Shown piece after piece: positions 38,403 to 47,526 of a stretch of DNA of 64,000 nucleotides. The stretch is from the sequence record LR756502.1; one strand, 5' to 3'. Numbering within the stretch: position 1 is the stretch's first letter; each line of letters starts with the position of its first letter. Both the position numbers and the translations under genes were made by a program. A model generated the notes under the pieces. The model saw nothing but the letters and a program-made list of their open reading frames with translations. It was not told the origin of the DNA and did no database searches.

Positions 38403-38861
38403 ATGAAAATATACGACATAGATAAGTTAAAGAAAGGTAGTGATGGTAATTATGACCTAACTCAACTTACATTCAAGAGTAGGATTGATGTTACTTTTTA
38501 TCAGTATGAGGTTCAGAGAGGTGAGGAGATGAGAATTGACTTGGTATGTGAATCTATCTATGGTACTGATGAGTATATAGATATAATAATGCATATTAAT
38601 AATATTGATAACCCATTAAATATTAAAGAGGGGGTTATATTAAAATATCCATCTTCGACTGATATAAATCTATTTAGAATCGAAGAGGAAAAACCAAATA
38701 GTGTTCAAAATAAAATTGTCAATACTAATAAGACTACCAGGAAAGACTCTAGTAGGGAGAAGTATGTTAAGCAGGGATATTCTTTACCACCAGTTGTTTT
38801 GGATAAGCCAACTGATCCGGTTCGAATTGATGGCAATAATATAATTATTGGAGGTCAGTAA
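38403..38861 (+). CDS. gp53-like baseplate wedge protein (LysM-like)
   Basis: YEVQRGEEMRIDLVCESIYG...IMHINNIDNPLNIKEG; adjacent to the hub gene. Confidence 0.7.
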   Translation: MKIYDIDKLKKGSDGNYDLTQLTFKSRIDVTFYQYEVQRGEEMRIDLVCESIYGTDEYIDIIMHINNIDNPLNIKEGVILKYPSSTDINLFRIEEEKPNSVQNKIVNTNKTTRKDSSREKYVKQGYSLPPVVLDKPTDPVRIDGNNIIIGGQ

Positions 38862-38898
38862 TTAATAACAGGACAATATCTATTTTAATAAATAGATT

Positions 38899-41550
38899 AT
38901 GAGAAAAATTTCAGATCCTTGGTATATAAATAATGGTGGTTCTATAACAATAGACTACTTTGATATTGATAACAATCAATTGATGAGTACATCAGAGGAT
39001 TGGGAAAATAGAGTTGATAAAAAAACAGTCACTATTTCTGGTGACTTAAAGGATTTATCCGAGACTAACTATGGTGGTCGAATGTCCTTCACGATTAGAG
39101 GACTTTTTACAAAATTATTTGATGAGAAAAAAGGTGGTGGTGAGCAAACATATGCTAAAACTGTAACTGATACACAAATAGTTGATGGTATAATATCCAA
39201 TTGGGCTGCTATAACAAAGCAAGGTGATTTATTAAAATTATGTGATCCAAATGATAAAACCTGTTCATTGGTTGATTATAAAAGTCCTCTTAATGTAACA
39301 CCATCATTAGACACAAACCCACCGATACAGGTATCTGCAACACAAAGTAATGCAACACAAAGCTTTGTTGTTGGTCCAACTCAATCAGAGCCACCAATAA
39401 CAGATCCAAATCAACCAATTGCTCAAGAGACTTCCAAGGAGGAGGTTATCGGTTCCAATACCAATAAGTCTCAAAAAAATGTAGATGCTAAATTTCCTGG
39501 TCTGACCAATGTATTCTCACCCGGAATTAAGTTAGATCCTATTAAATTTGAAGTACCATCTGGTCAAAGGGATAAGAATGAGTTTATAAAAGGTCTTGGT
39601 TATATACCGTTTATTTGGTATAATGGGTATCAGATAAATTATGGTGATATAAAATATTTCTCCTTGTACCATGATGGTATTATACCAAAGTGTAAGATAA
39701 CATTTAATGATACAATGAATATCATAAAGTCAAAGGGGTTTCCTCTAGATGATACTAAAGTTCAGGTTTTTATAAATGCTAAATCAAAAAATCTAAAGTC
39801 AATACACTTGGAATTTAAAGTGCAGAACTTTCAAGATAATGGTGGTAGTGTATATACTATATTCGGTACTATTAACATCCCTGAGTTATACCTAAAGAAG
39901 TATAAATCATATCCGTCAAAAACTAGTTATGAGGCCATACAAGATGTTTGTAGAGAAATGAACATTGGATTCAACTCAAATATTGATAACAGTGATGATA
40001 AAATGACTTGGTTAAATGGTGGTAATAAAAACTTTCAGCTACTTGATGATATTATTTTAAATTCATATAAATCAGATAATTCATTTTTAATAGGATATAT
40101 TGATTACTACTATAACTTTAACTATGTTGATATTGAAAAGGAGTTAGGTAGGAATACAAAAAATGATGTTGGTATTGATACAGGTGGTGTATCTGCTGAG
40201 ATTGTTAGTGATGAGGATGATAGAATAATACCTCTTGCTTTATCTAATGACCGTTCATTTGAGAGTAGTTGTATGTTCTTCAATAAGTATAAAGTTAGAA
40301 ATGACTCAACATCGATTTCATTAAGGAAGGGATATATGACAAAGGTTAAATTCTATGAAGATGTTGATAAAGACTTTTTAGTATTTGATGTTGACTCAAT
40401 AACAAGTGATGGTACTAAGACAGTTATATTAAAGGGGTCTCCACAAGATGAGAAATATTTTAATGACAACTATTCAACTGTTTGGATGGGTAAGATAGAT
40501 AAGGATAATTCACATAAAAATTTTAATTATTCAACTGTTCAGAATAGAATGAACATTGATGATTTGGTTAAGATATCAGTTGAGATTGAATTGCCTAGTC
40601 CAAATTTTAATTTATATAAGTTTCAAAAAGTTCACTTTTCATTTGTAAACCCTTCATCTACCTTGACATCTGGTATAACACAAGAAAGGTTGATTGGTGA
40701 TTGGATGATAATTGACATTAGTTTCGTGTATACTAACCGCGTTATGAAGCAAGTGATAAAAGCAATTAAGAGAGAATTAAGTTTGGGTCCAGATGAAACA
40801 CCAACTGGATCAACAAGTGCGAAAGAGTTGGGTGAGATTAATGATAATCCAAATACTGAGTCATCAAATGCGGATCAAACACAAACCCCAGGTGGTACTT
40901 CATCAAATGCTACTGAAAATAAGACCAGAGAAAAGGGGTCCGATATATTAGAACCAATTTTATCAGCATTTGATCATTGGGGTATAACAAATAAGTATTA
41001 TAAGATAGCCATAATAGCTAATATGAAGAAGGAGTGTGGACTTATCCCTAAGGAAGAAAACCTAACTGGATACGCTAATACTAAAAATGATAGAATACGT
41101 AAGATTTTCGGAAGAAGAATGAGTGGATATAGTGAAGAGGAATTGACTGCATTAAAAAAGAATACTCCGAAATTTGCTGAAGCTATATATGGTGTTGACT
41201 CTGGAATGGGACTTGGTAATGATGTTCCTGGTGATGGTTGGAAGTATAGAGGAAGAGGTTATATACAATTGACTGGTAAATCACTATATAAAAAGTTTGG
41301 TGAGTATTCAAAGATTGATATAATGGTTGATCCGGATCTTCTACTAACTGATAGATTTAAGTCTGCTATAGTAGCGGTTGGGTACCTTAAGTATCTTATA
41401 AAGATGGAGAATTTTACCGACCAAGGAATGGCTGATAGAGCAGTAACACAAGCTATTGGTGGTAGAGGTTTGAATTTAGATAAAGGATATGGATCTGAAA
41501 TACTTGCAATAGTTAATAATTATTCTAAAGATTTTGGTGATATATCATAA
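38899..41550 (+). CDS. baseplate hub-like protein fused to a GH19 (chitinase/lysozyme-like) domain
   Basis: Central beta-rich hub-like region; C-terminal KEC...KEENL...YRGRGYIQLTGKSLY. Confidence 0.7.
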   Translation: MRKISDPWYINNGGSITIDYFDIDNNQLMSTSEDWENRVDKKTVTISGDLKDLSETNYGGRMSFTIRGLFTKLFDEKKGGGEQTYAKTVTDTQIVDGIISNWAAITKQGDLLKLCDPNDKTCSLVDYKSPLNVTPSLDTNPPIQVSATQSNATQSFVVGPTQSEPPITDPNQPIAQETSKEEVIGSNTNKSQKNVDAKFPGLTNVFSPGIKLDPIKFEVPSGQRDKNEFIKGLGYIPFIWYNGYQINYGDIKYFSLYHDGIIPKCKITFNDTMNIIKSKGFPLDDTKVQVFINAKSKNLKSIHLEFKVQNFQDNGGSVYTIFGTINIPELYLKKYKSYPSKTSYEAIQDVCREMNIGFNSNIDNSDDKMTWLNGGNKNFQLLDDIILNSYKSDNSFLIGYIDYYYNFNYVDIEKELGRNTKNDVGIDTGGVSAEIVSDEDDRIIPLALSNDRSFESSCMFFNKYKVRNDSTSISLRKGYMTKVKFYEDVDKDFLVFDVDSITSDGTKTVILKGSPQDEKYFNDNYSTVWMGKIDKDNSHKNFNYSTVQNRMNIDDLVKISVEIELPSPNFNLYKFQKVHFSFVNPSSTLTSGITQERLIGDWMIIDISFVYTNRVMKQVIKAIKRELSLGPDETPTGSTSAKELGEINDNPNTESSNADQTQTPGGTSSNATENKTREKGSDILEPILSAFDHWGITNKYYKIAIIANMKKECGLIPKEENLTGYANTKNDRIRKIFGRRMSGYSEEELTALKKNTPKFAEAIYGVDSGMGLGNDVPGDGWKYRGRGYIQLTGKSLYKKFGEYSKIDIMVDPDLLLTDRFKSAIVAVGYLKYLIKMENFTDQGMADRAVTQAIGGRGLNLDKGYGSEILAIVNNYSKDFGDIS

Positions 41551-41592
41551 GAATATATGAATTCTTAATATATAAGAAAATTAAATTGGTGA

Positions 41593-43347
41593 ATGCCTGA
41601 TAAATTAAATCAATTCTTTGAGGACCTAAATAGTAAGAGTCCCTCTGGCAAGAGTACTGGAGGTGTTCATAGAACATCTGGAGACTCTGGTAGGTCACCA
41701 GCTTCTCCATCTCCTGGTAGTAAGCCTGGGTTTACACCAAATGAACTTTATAATAATCCAAGTGCTGGTGATGCTACAGTAAAGTGGGAGGGTAATATAA
41801 CAGAACAGACTGGTATACCGGTTGATACCAATGATAGATTTAATCTAGACAGTGGATGGACTGAGGATAAAGGACCAATGCCAACAAGAAACTTCTATAA
41901 TTTATTTGATGATAGTTCAACTGACTTCTTTAAACATGGATTACATATCGATGGTAGAACTCCACTAAAAGTTGACAAGGATACATTACATACATCGGAC
42001 GGTGCTGATGCGTCACCTCAGAATCCATTTAGATTAGGATCATTTGTTGAGACTCCGTATGAGAATAATGATCCTGTTATGTTTGGATTTGAAATTGTCA
42101 TACACGGAGCGACATCACCTCTATTCAATGGTGGGGTTGAAGATTTTATAAATCAATTTGGTTTTCTAAAGGAGGTTGGTAGTAGGAGAAACATAATATC
42201 AAACTTTAAGCAGCAGTTTTTCAAATTTTTCAAAAGTAATACTCCTATATCAAGTACTGGTACAGATATTCCATCTGATAGATTTTATCTTGCTTACTAT
42301 TTGAAGAAAGTTTCCGGGTTGGAAAATTTATCAGAGTCAAATACAAGTGAGAAATCAAAATCATTTGTGGACTATAAAAAGGATTTAATAAAATTACAAT
42401 TTACTGAAGATGTTTCATTAAGTATTGGATCGATGGCATACTTGTATAAGTTATTATATTGGTCGAGAATAAATGGTAAGAATATAATACCTCAAAATCT
42501 TTTAAGATTTGATTGTGATATAATTGTTACTGAGATTAGAAATTTCAAGAGAGTTAAAAAGTCACTTGGTGGCGCTAGTGGTGTTGAGATACTAAAGGAA
42601 AACCTATCAAGGTATGTTTATAGTTTATATGAATGTCAGATGTTTTTTGATAAGATGCCTCATGATAGTGAGGTTGATATGGGTACTGCTCCTAAAGTAT
42701 TTGAAAACTATGAGATGTCATTTAATTATAAATTTTCTAGTATGAGATTTGAGAAGTGGGTACCTAAGTATGTGACGGATGGATCTGTAAATGGTAAACC
42801 AGATCCTAAGTATAGTGGAGGTGGTCAATATTCATATTTAACAAATGATAGAATGGATCCATATGAAGTAAAAACAAGTGAGACAAATAACACAACTGCT
42901 ACTGGTACCAATATAACATCAAGTGCTTCTCAGCCGGATCCTGTTTCATTTGGATCATTTAATGTATCTCAGAAGACAACAACTGGTGGTAGAGATGCAC
43001 AGAATCCGGGTAATAATGAGGCTGCTCCAAAGGAATTATCAAACATGGATAAATTTAAAGCGTCGTCAAAAACGGCAGCTAAAAATTTAGCTAAGTCGGT
43101 TGAAAAGGCTGCTGTTAGTCAAGTTAATGCTATGATAAATGTAAGAGCTAGGCTATTAAATAACTCAATTGATAAAATAAGAAACTCAATGGGAATTGGT
43201 AGAATGAGTTCACCTGCCAACATCTACAAACCAGCAAATGGAGCAGCTGGTGCTAATTCTAGATTTTTCTATGATGTGCAGAATGGACTTAGAGACTTCT
43301 TAGGTGAATCATTAGGTGGTGCACTTGATGCATTTGGTAAGAAGTAA
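41593..43347 (+). CDS. putative tail/baseplate structural protein
   Basis: Lies between the hub and gp5-like genes; TAATATATA upstream; tube-like FDCDIIVTEIR...Y.LYECQMFF. Confidence 0.5.
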   Translation: MPDKLNQFFEDLNSKSPSGKSTGGVHRTSGDSGRSPASPSPGSKPGFTPNELYNNPSAGDATVKWEGNITEQTGIPVDTNDRFNLDSGWTEDKGPMPTRNFYNLFDDSSTDFFKHGLHIDGRTPLKVDKDTLHTSDGADASPQNPFRLGSFVETPYENNDPVMFGFEIVIHGATSPLFNGGVEDFINQFGFLKEVGSRRNIISNFKQQFFKFFKSNTPISSTGTDIPSDRFYLAYYLKKVSGLENLSESNTSEKSKSFVDYKKDLIKLQFTEDVSLSIGSMAYLYKLLYWSRINGKNIIPQNLLRFDCDIIVTEIRNFKRVKKSLGGASGVEILKENLSRYVYSLYECQMFFDKMPHDSEVDMGTAPKVFENYEMSFNYKFSSMRFEKWVPKYVTDGSVNGKPDPKYSGGGQYSYLTNDRMDPYEVKTSETNNTTATGTNITSSASQPDPVSFGSFNVSQKTTTGGRDAQNPGNNEAAPKELSNMDKFKASSKTAAKNLAKSVEKAAVSQVNAMINVRARLLNNSIDKIRNSMGIGRMSSPANIYKPANGAAGANSRFFYDVQNGLRDFLGESLGGALDAFGKK

Positions 43348-43386
43348 TTTTCATAGGACAGATTTCTTTTAATATATAATCACAAT

Positions 43387-44901
43387 ATGTATATAGATAG
43401 AACCAGAACTTATATTGGTGTTGTTGAGGATAATGTCGATCCAAAGAAACTTGGTAGATGTAAGGTTAGAGTGTTGGATATATTTGATGAAATGCCTGTT
43501 GAGGATATACCCTTTGCTTCCCCTTGGAAAGACTTAAATGGTAATCAGTTCAATGTTCCTGAGAAGGGTAAAGTTGTTACTGTTGTTTTTGATCAAGGTA
43601 ATATCTACAAACCAGAATATATTTTTTCTGACCATTATAATATAAATCTAGAAAATAAACTGAAATCTCTTTCAGGTGCTGATTATACTTCAATGAAGGC
43701 GGCTATTTTTGATCATAAGACTCAAATTTATGTTAATGATAGTGAGGGGTTAATGATAGACCATAAGTATAATAACATGAATATAACCGAAGGGTCAATT
43801 AATCTAAACCTAAAGGATAATAACGGGTTAGTTAATATTGGTGATGCTACTGCTGGTCAACAAGCTATTCTTGGTAATCATTGGATGGATTGGTTTGATG
43901 AGTTTGTTGATAACTTACTTGGTAATTCTGCGGGTCCATTTCTTGGAAATATGGGTGCTCCTGTTGTTCCAAATCCAGCCTTCATAGCTGTTTTGCAAAA
44001 GTATAAGGCAATAAGAGATCCTATTTTATTATCACATCACGTAAATATTGTTGATAATGATAAGGTTAGCACTGTTAAGATGACTAAGAGAGAAGATGAT
44101 TCTCAGTCAGGTGATACTTGGAAGTCAACTGTTAAGAAGAATGAGGTAACTACAAAGGGAGCTGATAGCTTTAAGCCAAAAGATGGTCCGAAAAAGGAGT
44201 ATGATGATTCATATGTTGCTCCATCAACTGATGGTCAGCCAGATAATGTGCCAAGGGATAATAATAATCCCCCTAATGATCCATTATCTTCACCAACATC
44301 CAATGCTAAGATAGATAAGTTAATTAGATATTTAAAATCAAAAAAGTATAATGTTTATGAAAAGACTGGTGTGTTAAACATTGTTGGTATGAGGAAAAAG
44401 GATGATGGTAAAATTACAAATAAATTTGATGATGAAATATATGTTTTCTATAAGAGTGAGAAGGGAAATTGGGAATTGGTTGAGTATTCTATAACAACTA
44501 CACCTGGTTATAAACCAAAGACAAGTGCTCTTCCTGATAAGGTTGCTATTCTAACACTTGGTCAATATGTCGATCAGTATAAGTTAGGATTTCATCAAAA
44601 TAAACCAGAACATAAGTGTCTTAAATTTGCAACAAGTGTTGTTCATCGAAATGATAAAAGTGGTCAATATAATTATAGCGCCATAACCGCACAAGGTGGA
44701 TTTGGTATAAACATACATAGGTCAAGTGCTAATGGATCATCCGAGAATGTATATAATTATTCGGAGGGTTGTCAGGTATTTAAAAACGTAAATCAATTTA
44801 AGCAATTTATATCACTATGTGAGAACCAAGAGTCACTTAGTAAGAAGAACACATTTACGTATACACTTTGTAAGAAGAGTGAATTTGATAGTTTTTCATA
44901 A
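43387..44901 (+). CDS. gp5/VgrG-like spike protein: OB fold plus C-terminal YkuD-like peptidoglycan enzyme domain
   Basis: YIGVVEDNVDPKKLGRCKVRV...VPEKGKVVTVVF; C-terminal GINIH...SEGCQV. Confidence 0.8.
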   Translation: MYIDRTRTYIGVVEDNVDPKKLGRCKVRVLDIFDEMPVEDIPFASPWKDLNGNQFNVPEKGKVVTVVFDQGNIYKPEYIFSDHYNINLENKLKSLSGADYTSMKAAIFDHKTQIYVNDSEGLMIDHKYNNMNITEGSINLNLKDNNGLVNIGDATAGQQAILGNHWMDWFDEFVDNLLGNSAGPFLGNMGAPVVPNPAFIAVLQKYKAIRDPILLSHHVNIVDNDKVSTVKMTKREDDSQSGDTWKSTVKKNEVTTKGADSFKPKDGPKKEYDDSYVAPSTDGQPDNVPRDNNNPPNDPLSSPTSNAKIDKLIRYLKSKKYNVYEKTGVLNIVGMRKKDDGKITNKFDDEIYVFYKSEKGNWELVEYSITTTPGYKPKTSALPDKVAILTLGQYVDQYKLGFHQNKPEHKCLKFATSVVHRNDKSGQYNYSAITAQGGFGINIHRSSANGSSENVYNYSEGCQVFKNVNQFKQFISLCENQESLSKKNTFTYTLCKKSEFDSFS

Positions 44902-44938
44902 ATTATTTTTAATATATAATAAAAAATAATACTTTACA

Positions 44939-45208
44939 ATGTTAAATCCTAAATATCTGATAACTATATCTTATCAACAAAGTGTTTTGAGTGGAAACCA
45001 ATTGGTTTGGATTGGTACCGCAAGTGGTTCAACACAATCAATTCCTGCATACAGCACACCTTGGTATGTGGCTTCTATGCCAGAAGTAGGAATATCAGCA
45101 ACTGGATCTACATATGTTTTAGCATTAGCGAGTTTAATGGTTATAGCAACCGCATCAACAACAATTGATAGTGGTACTCCACCATTAAATACCATAAGAA
45201 CTTGGTAA
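44939..45208 (+). CDS. small Ser/Thr/Ala-rich late protein
   Basis: Own TAATATATA at 44910; terminator after. Confidence 0.6.
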   Translation: MLNPKYLITISYQQSVLSGNQLVWIGTASGSTQSIPAYSTPWYVASMPEVGISATGSTYVLALASLMVIATASTTIDSGTPPLNTIRTW

Positions 45209-45215
45209 AACAAAT

Positions 45216-45241
45216 AAAACCCAGTCTATTGACTGGGTTTT
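45216..45241. terminator. bidirectional intrinsic terminator
   Basis: AAAACCCAGTC-TATT-GACTGGGTTTT. Confidence 0.85.
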
Positions 45242-45245
45242 ATTT

Positions 45246-45926
45246 TTAGTATAATAGTATAATTTTACCTTTTTGAATATCTCTAAATGATGCTTGTTTG
45301 CCGGTTATGTGATCAACAACAAGGTTATCTTTTACCCGATATGTTCTTCTTTTATTACCCCTACAACCAGTTCCAACTTGACCACTTCTGTTTTCATAGA
45401 CATCTTTATTGAATCTAATTTCTTCAACTGTTTTGAGTTTATCATAGAGTCTTTCCCAGGCAGCTTTTTCATTCTTAGCCTGATCTCTACTATCTTCTGA
45501 CCTAACTTGTGTACCAGTTGGTATGTGAGTTAATACACAACAGCTTGATACTTTATTAACATTCTGTCCACCTTTGCCACGACTTCTGGTAAATTGTCTA
45601 CGAACATCATTTCTGTTTAGTTTATATTCAAATACTTTAGTTGGATCTATTATAGCGACTGTTATTATAGAGGTTTGTGTTCTGTTATTCCTTTCGGTTG
45701 GTGGTATTCTAACAAAGCAGTGTGAACCACTTTCATTTTTAAAATACTTATCTATCCCAACTCCTTGTAGTCATATAGAAGCGTATCCTTCTATTATTTC
45801 TTTTACTTGGTAGTTTAGGTTATTTAATTTAGCAGACCTGATATAAATATCCATTAAGTCTTTTACTAAAAGTTTACTATCGTTGCCGCCTTCAGCAGCT
45901 CTTATTTCTATGATTATTTCTTTCAT
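45246..45926 (-). CDS. prfA: class I peptide chain release factor, RF1-type (PxT, GGQ), lacking domain 1, with in-frame TGA at codon 52 (45771-45773); readthrough gene or pseudogene
   Basis: Manual translation: MKEIIIEIRAAEGG...GYASI*LQG...ESGSHCFVRIPPTE...TQTS...RSRGKGGQNVNK...THIPTG...KRRTY...VDHITG; 226 codons in one frame. Confidence 0.9.
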
Positions 45927-45994
45927 GATTATTAGTTATTTTTTGTTATTAATTAAAATTGGCATTCTAATTAATAACACTAATAATTATGTAT

Positions 45995-46192
45995 TCAGAA
46001 TCCTCTGAACTTCTTTATGGTGTTGTTTGTTTTCATTGATTGTTCGGAGTCAATTAACTTCATCCACTCTTGGAACTTTTTGAATTCTTCTGGGCTTAAC
46101 TTCTCAGCAATAGCAATTGCTAACTCATTTGTGAGTCTGCAGTTTCTAGATACCGAAACCATTTGTGGTAATATTTCTCTATAATGTCCCAT
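45995..46192 (-). CDS. hypothetical protein upstream of the release factor
   Basis: TATATTTG 3 nt before ATG; ends in TGA. Confidence 0.65.
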   Translation of the reverse strand: MGHYREILPQMVSVSRNCRLTNELAIAIAEKLSPEEFKKFQEWMKLIDSEQSMKTNNTIKKFRGF

Positions 46193-46262
46193 AATACAAA
46201 TATATATAAAATTTTTTAATAGAAGTCTTATTATATATTAAAAAAATTTTATATATAAGTCT

Positions 46263-46919
46263 ATGAAGTATTTAAGATTATATGAAGAGTTTAATCAAGA
46301 CTTAATTGATAAATTGGTAGAGGATACAAGAAATACTGGTGAAAAAAACGGTGTTAAAATTGTATTTGAGGATACAATGACAATTCCTTACGCTATAAGC
46401 GGAATGCCTGTTAGTGGATATTTTATCGATTATGGTAATCCCACACTAGCGGTTGCTATGGGTAAGCCTACCGAAGAGTGGGTTATGATACTAGCTCATG
46501 AATCCTCTCATATGGATCAGTGGATTGAGAAGTCACCATACTGGACAAACTCTTTTATAAACGGAAGGGAAGCGGTTGATTATATTGACGAATGGATATC
46601 TGGTAAAGATTTTAGTGATGAAGAATTAGATAAGATAACAAAAGCTTCAATAGGTGTTGAGTTGGATTGTGAGAAAAGAACCATTGAGAAGGCAAAACAA
46701 TACAAATTACCAATAGATGTAAAAGAGGAAACTCAGAAAGCGAATTCATATATTCTTTTTTATACTTTGGTTAAGAGTACACGAAAGTGGAATGTTGCTG
46801 GTAAGGCTCCTTATCAAGTAAAAGAAGTTTGGTCACAAATGCCTACTACATTTGATATGGATTACTATGTAGTTCCGGAAAATCTAAAAGAGTTATACTT
46901 AAAATACTGCTTCAAATAA
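46263..46919 (+). CDS. zincin-like metallopeptidase, N-tagged
   Basis: MKYLRLYEEF; LAHESSH (HExxH); downstream ELDCE. Confidence 0.7.
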   Translation: MKYLRLYEEFNQDLIDKLVEDTRNTGEKNGVKIVFEDTMTIPYAISGMPVSGYFIDYGNPTLAVAMGKPTEEWVMILAHESSHMDQWIEKSPYWTNSFINGREAVDYIDEWISGKDFSDEELDKITKASIGVELDCEKRTIEKAKQYKLPIDVKEETQKANSYILFYTLVKSTRKWNVAGKAPYQVKEVWSQMPTTFDMDYYVVPENLKELYLKYCFK

Positions 46920-46925
46920 TAAATT

Positions 46926-47339
46926 ATGAAATATATTAACACATATAAGTTGTTTGAGAATAGTGAATCATCCGATGAGACATATAAAATAGTATCCGAG
47001 CAACTGTTTTATGAATTAGATGATAAATTTAGATTTGGACCAGGTGTGTTCTTTCCATTGAAAGTTCGTTTAGAGTATAGAAATGATAGTTATGATTTGA
47101 CTATTGCTTTAGCTGGTGGTTGGATTAGAAGAATGTCCGATGATGATATTAAGTGGTTGCGTGATAAGGTTTATGATATAAATAAAGAATATGAATCCAA
47201 TGGAAACTTCTATGCTGCTTTTATGGGTGATGGTGGTGGAAATGGTAGAATCGTATTTGAAATGATGAATGAAGATTTTCCGAGGAGTTCTATGGATTAT
47301 ATGAATCATCCTATTGGTCCTTATCCTGATCGAGGATAA
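46926..47339 (+). CDS. N-tagged hypothetical protein
   Basis: MKYINTYKLFENSES. Confidence 0.7.
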   Translation: MKYINTYKLFENSESSDETYKIVSEQLFYELDDKFRFGPGVFFPLKVRLEYRNDSYDLTIALAGGWIRRMSDDDIKWLRDKVYDINKEYESNGNFYAAFMGDGGGNGRIVFEMMNEDFPRSSMDYMNHPIGPYPDRG

Positions 47340-47526
47340 TATCCAATTTTTTATTTCTTATCTCTGAAATTATTTTAATATAGTTTTCCTCAAATATACT
47401 TTCTATATTAACAAATGATATATTTGCCTTTATATCTTCCACAAACTCTCTTGAGATTCCTATATTAATTCCCTTATATAAAAGGAGGCCCTCCTTATCA
47501 AAGGTTACATTTTCCTGCCAACTCAT
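47311..47526 (-). CDS. C-tagged hypothetical protein
   Basis: IRNKKLDIILD; ATGA-coupled to uvsW. Confidence 0.65.
   Translation of the reverse strand: MSWQENVTFDKEGLLLYKGINIGISREFVEDIKANISFVNIESIFEENYIKIISEIRNKKLDIILDQDKDQ

Noticed and set aside
45750-45773. Selenocysteine insertion at the RF TGA
   Set aside because: No convincing SECIS-like hairpin immediately downstream, and the position is not a catalytic Cys in RFs.
45294-45813. Track ORFs 45294-45500 and 45574-45813 (+)
   Set aside because: Antisense shadows of the release factor gene.
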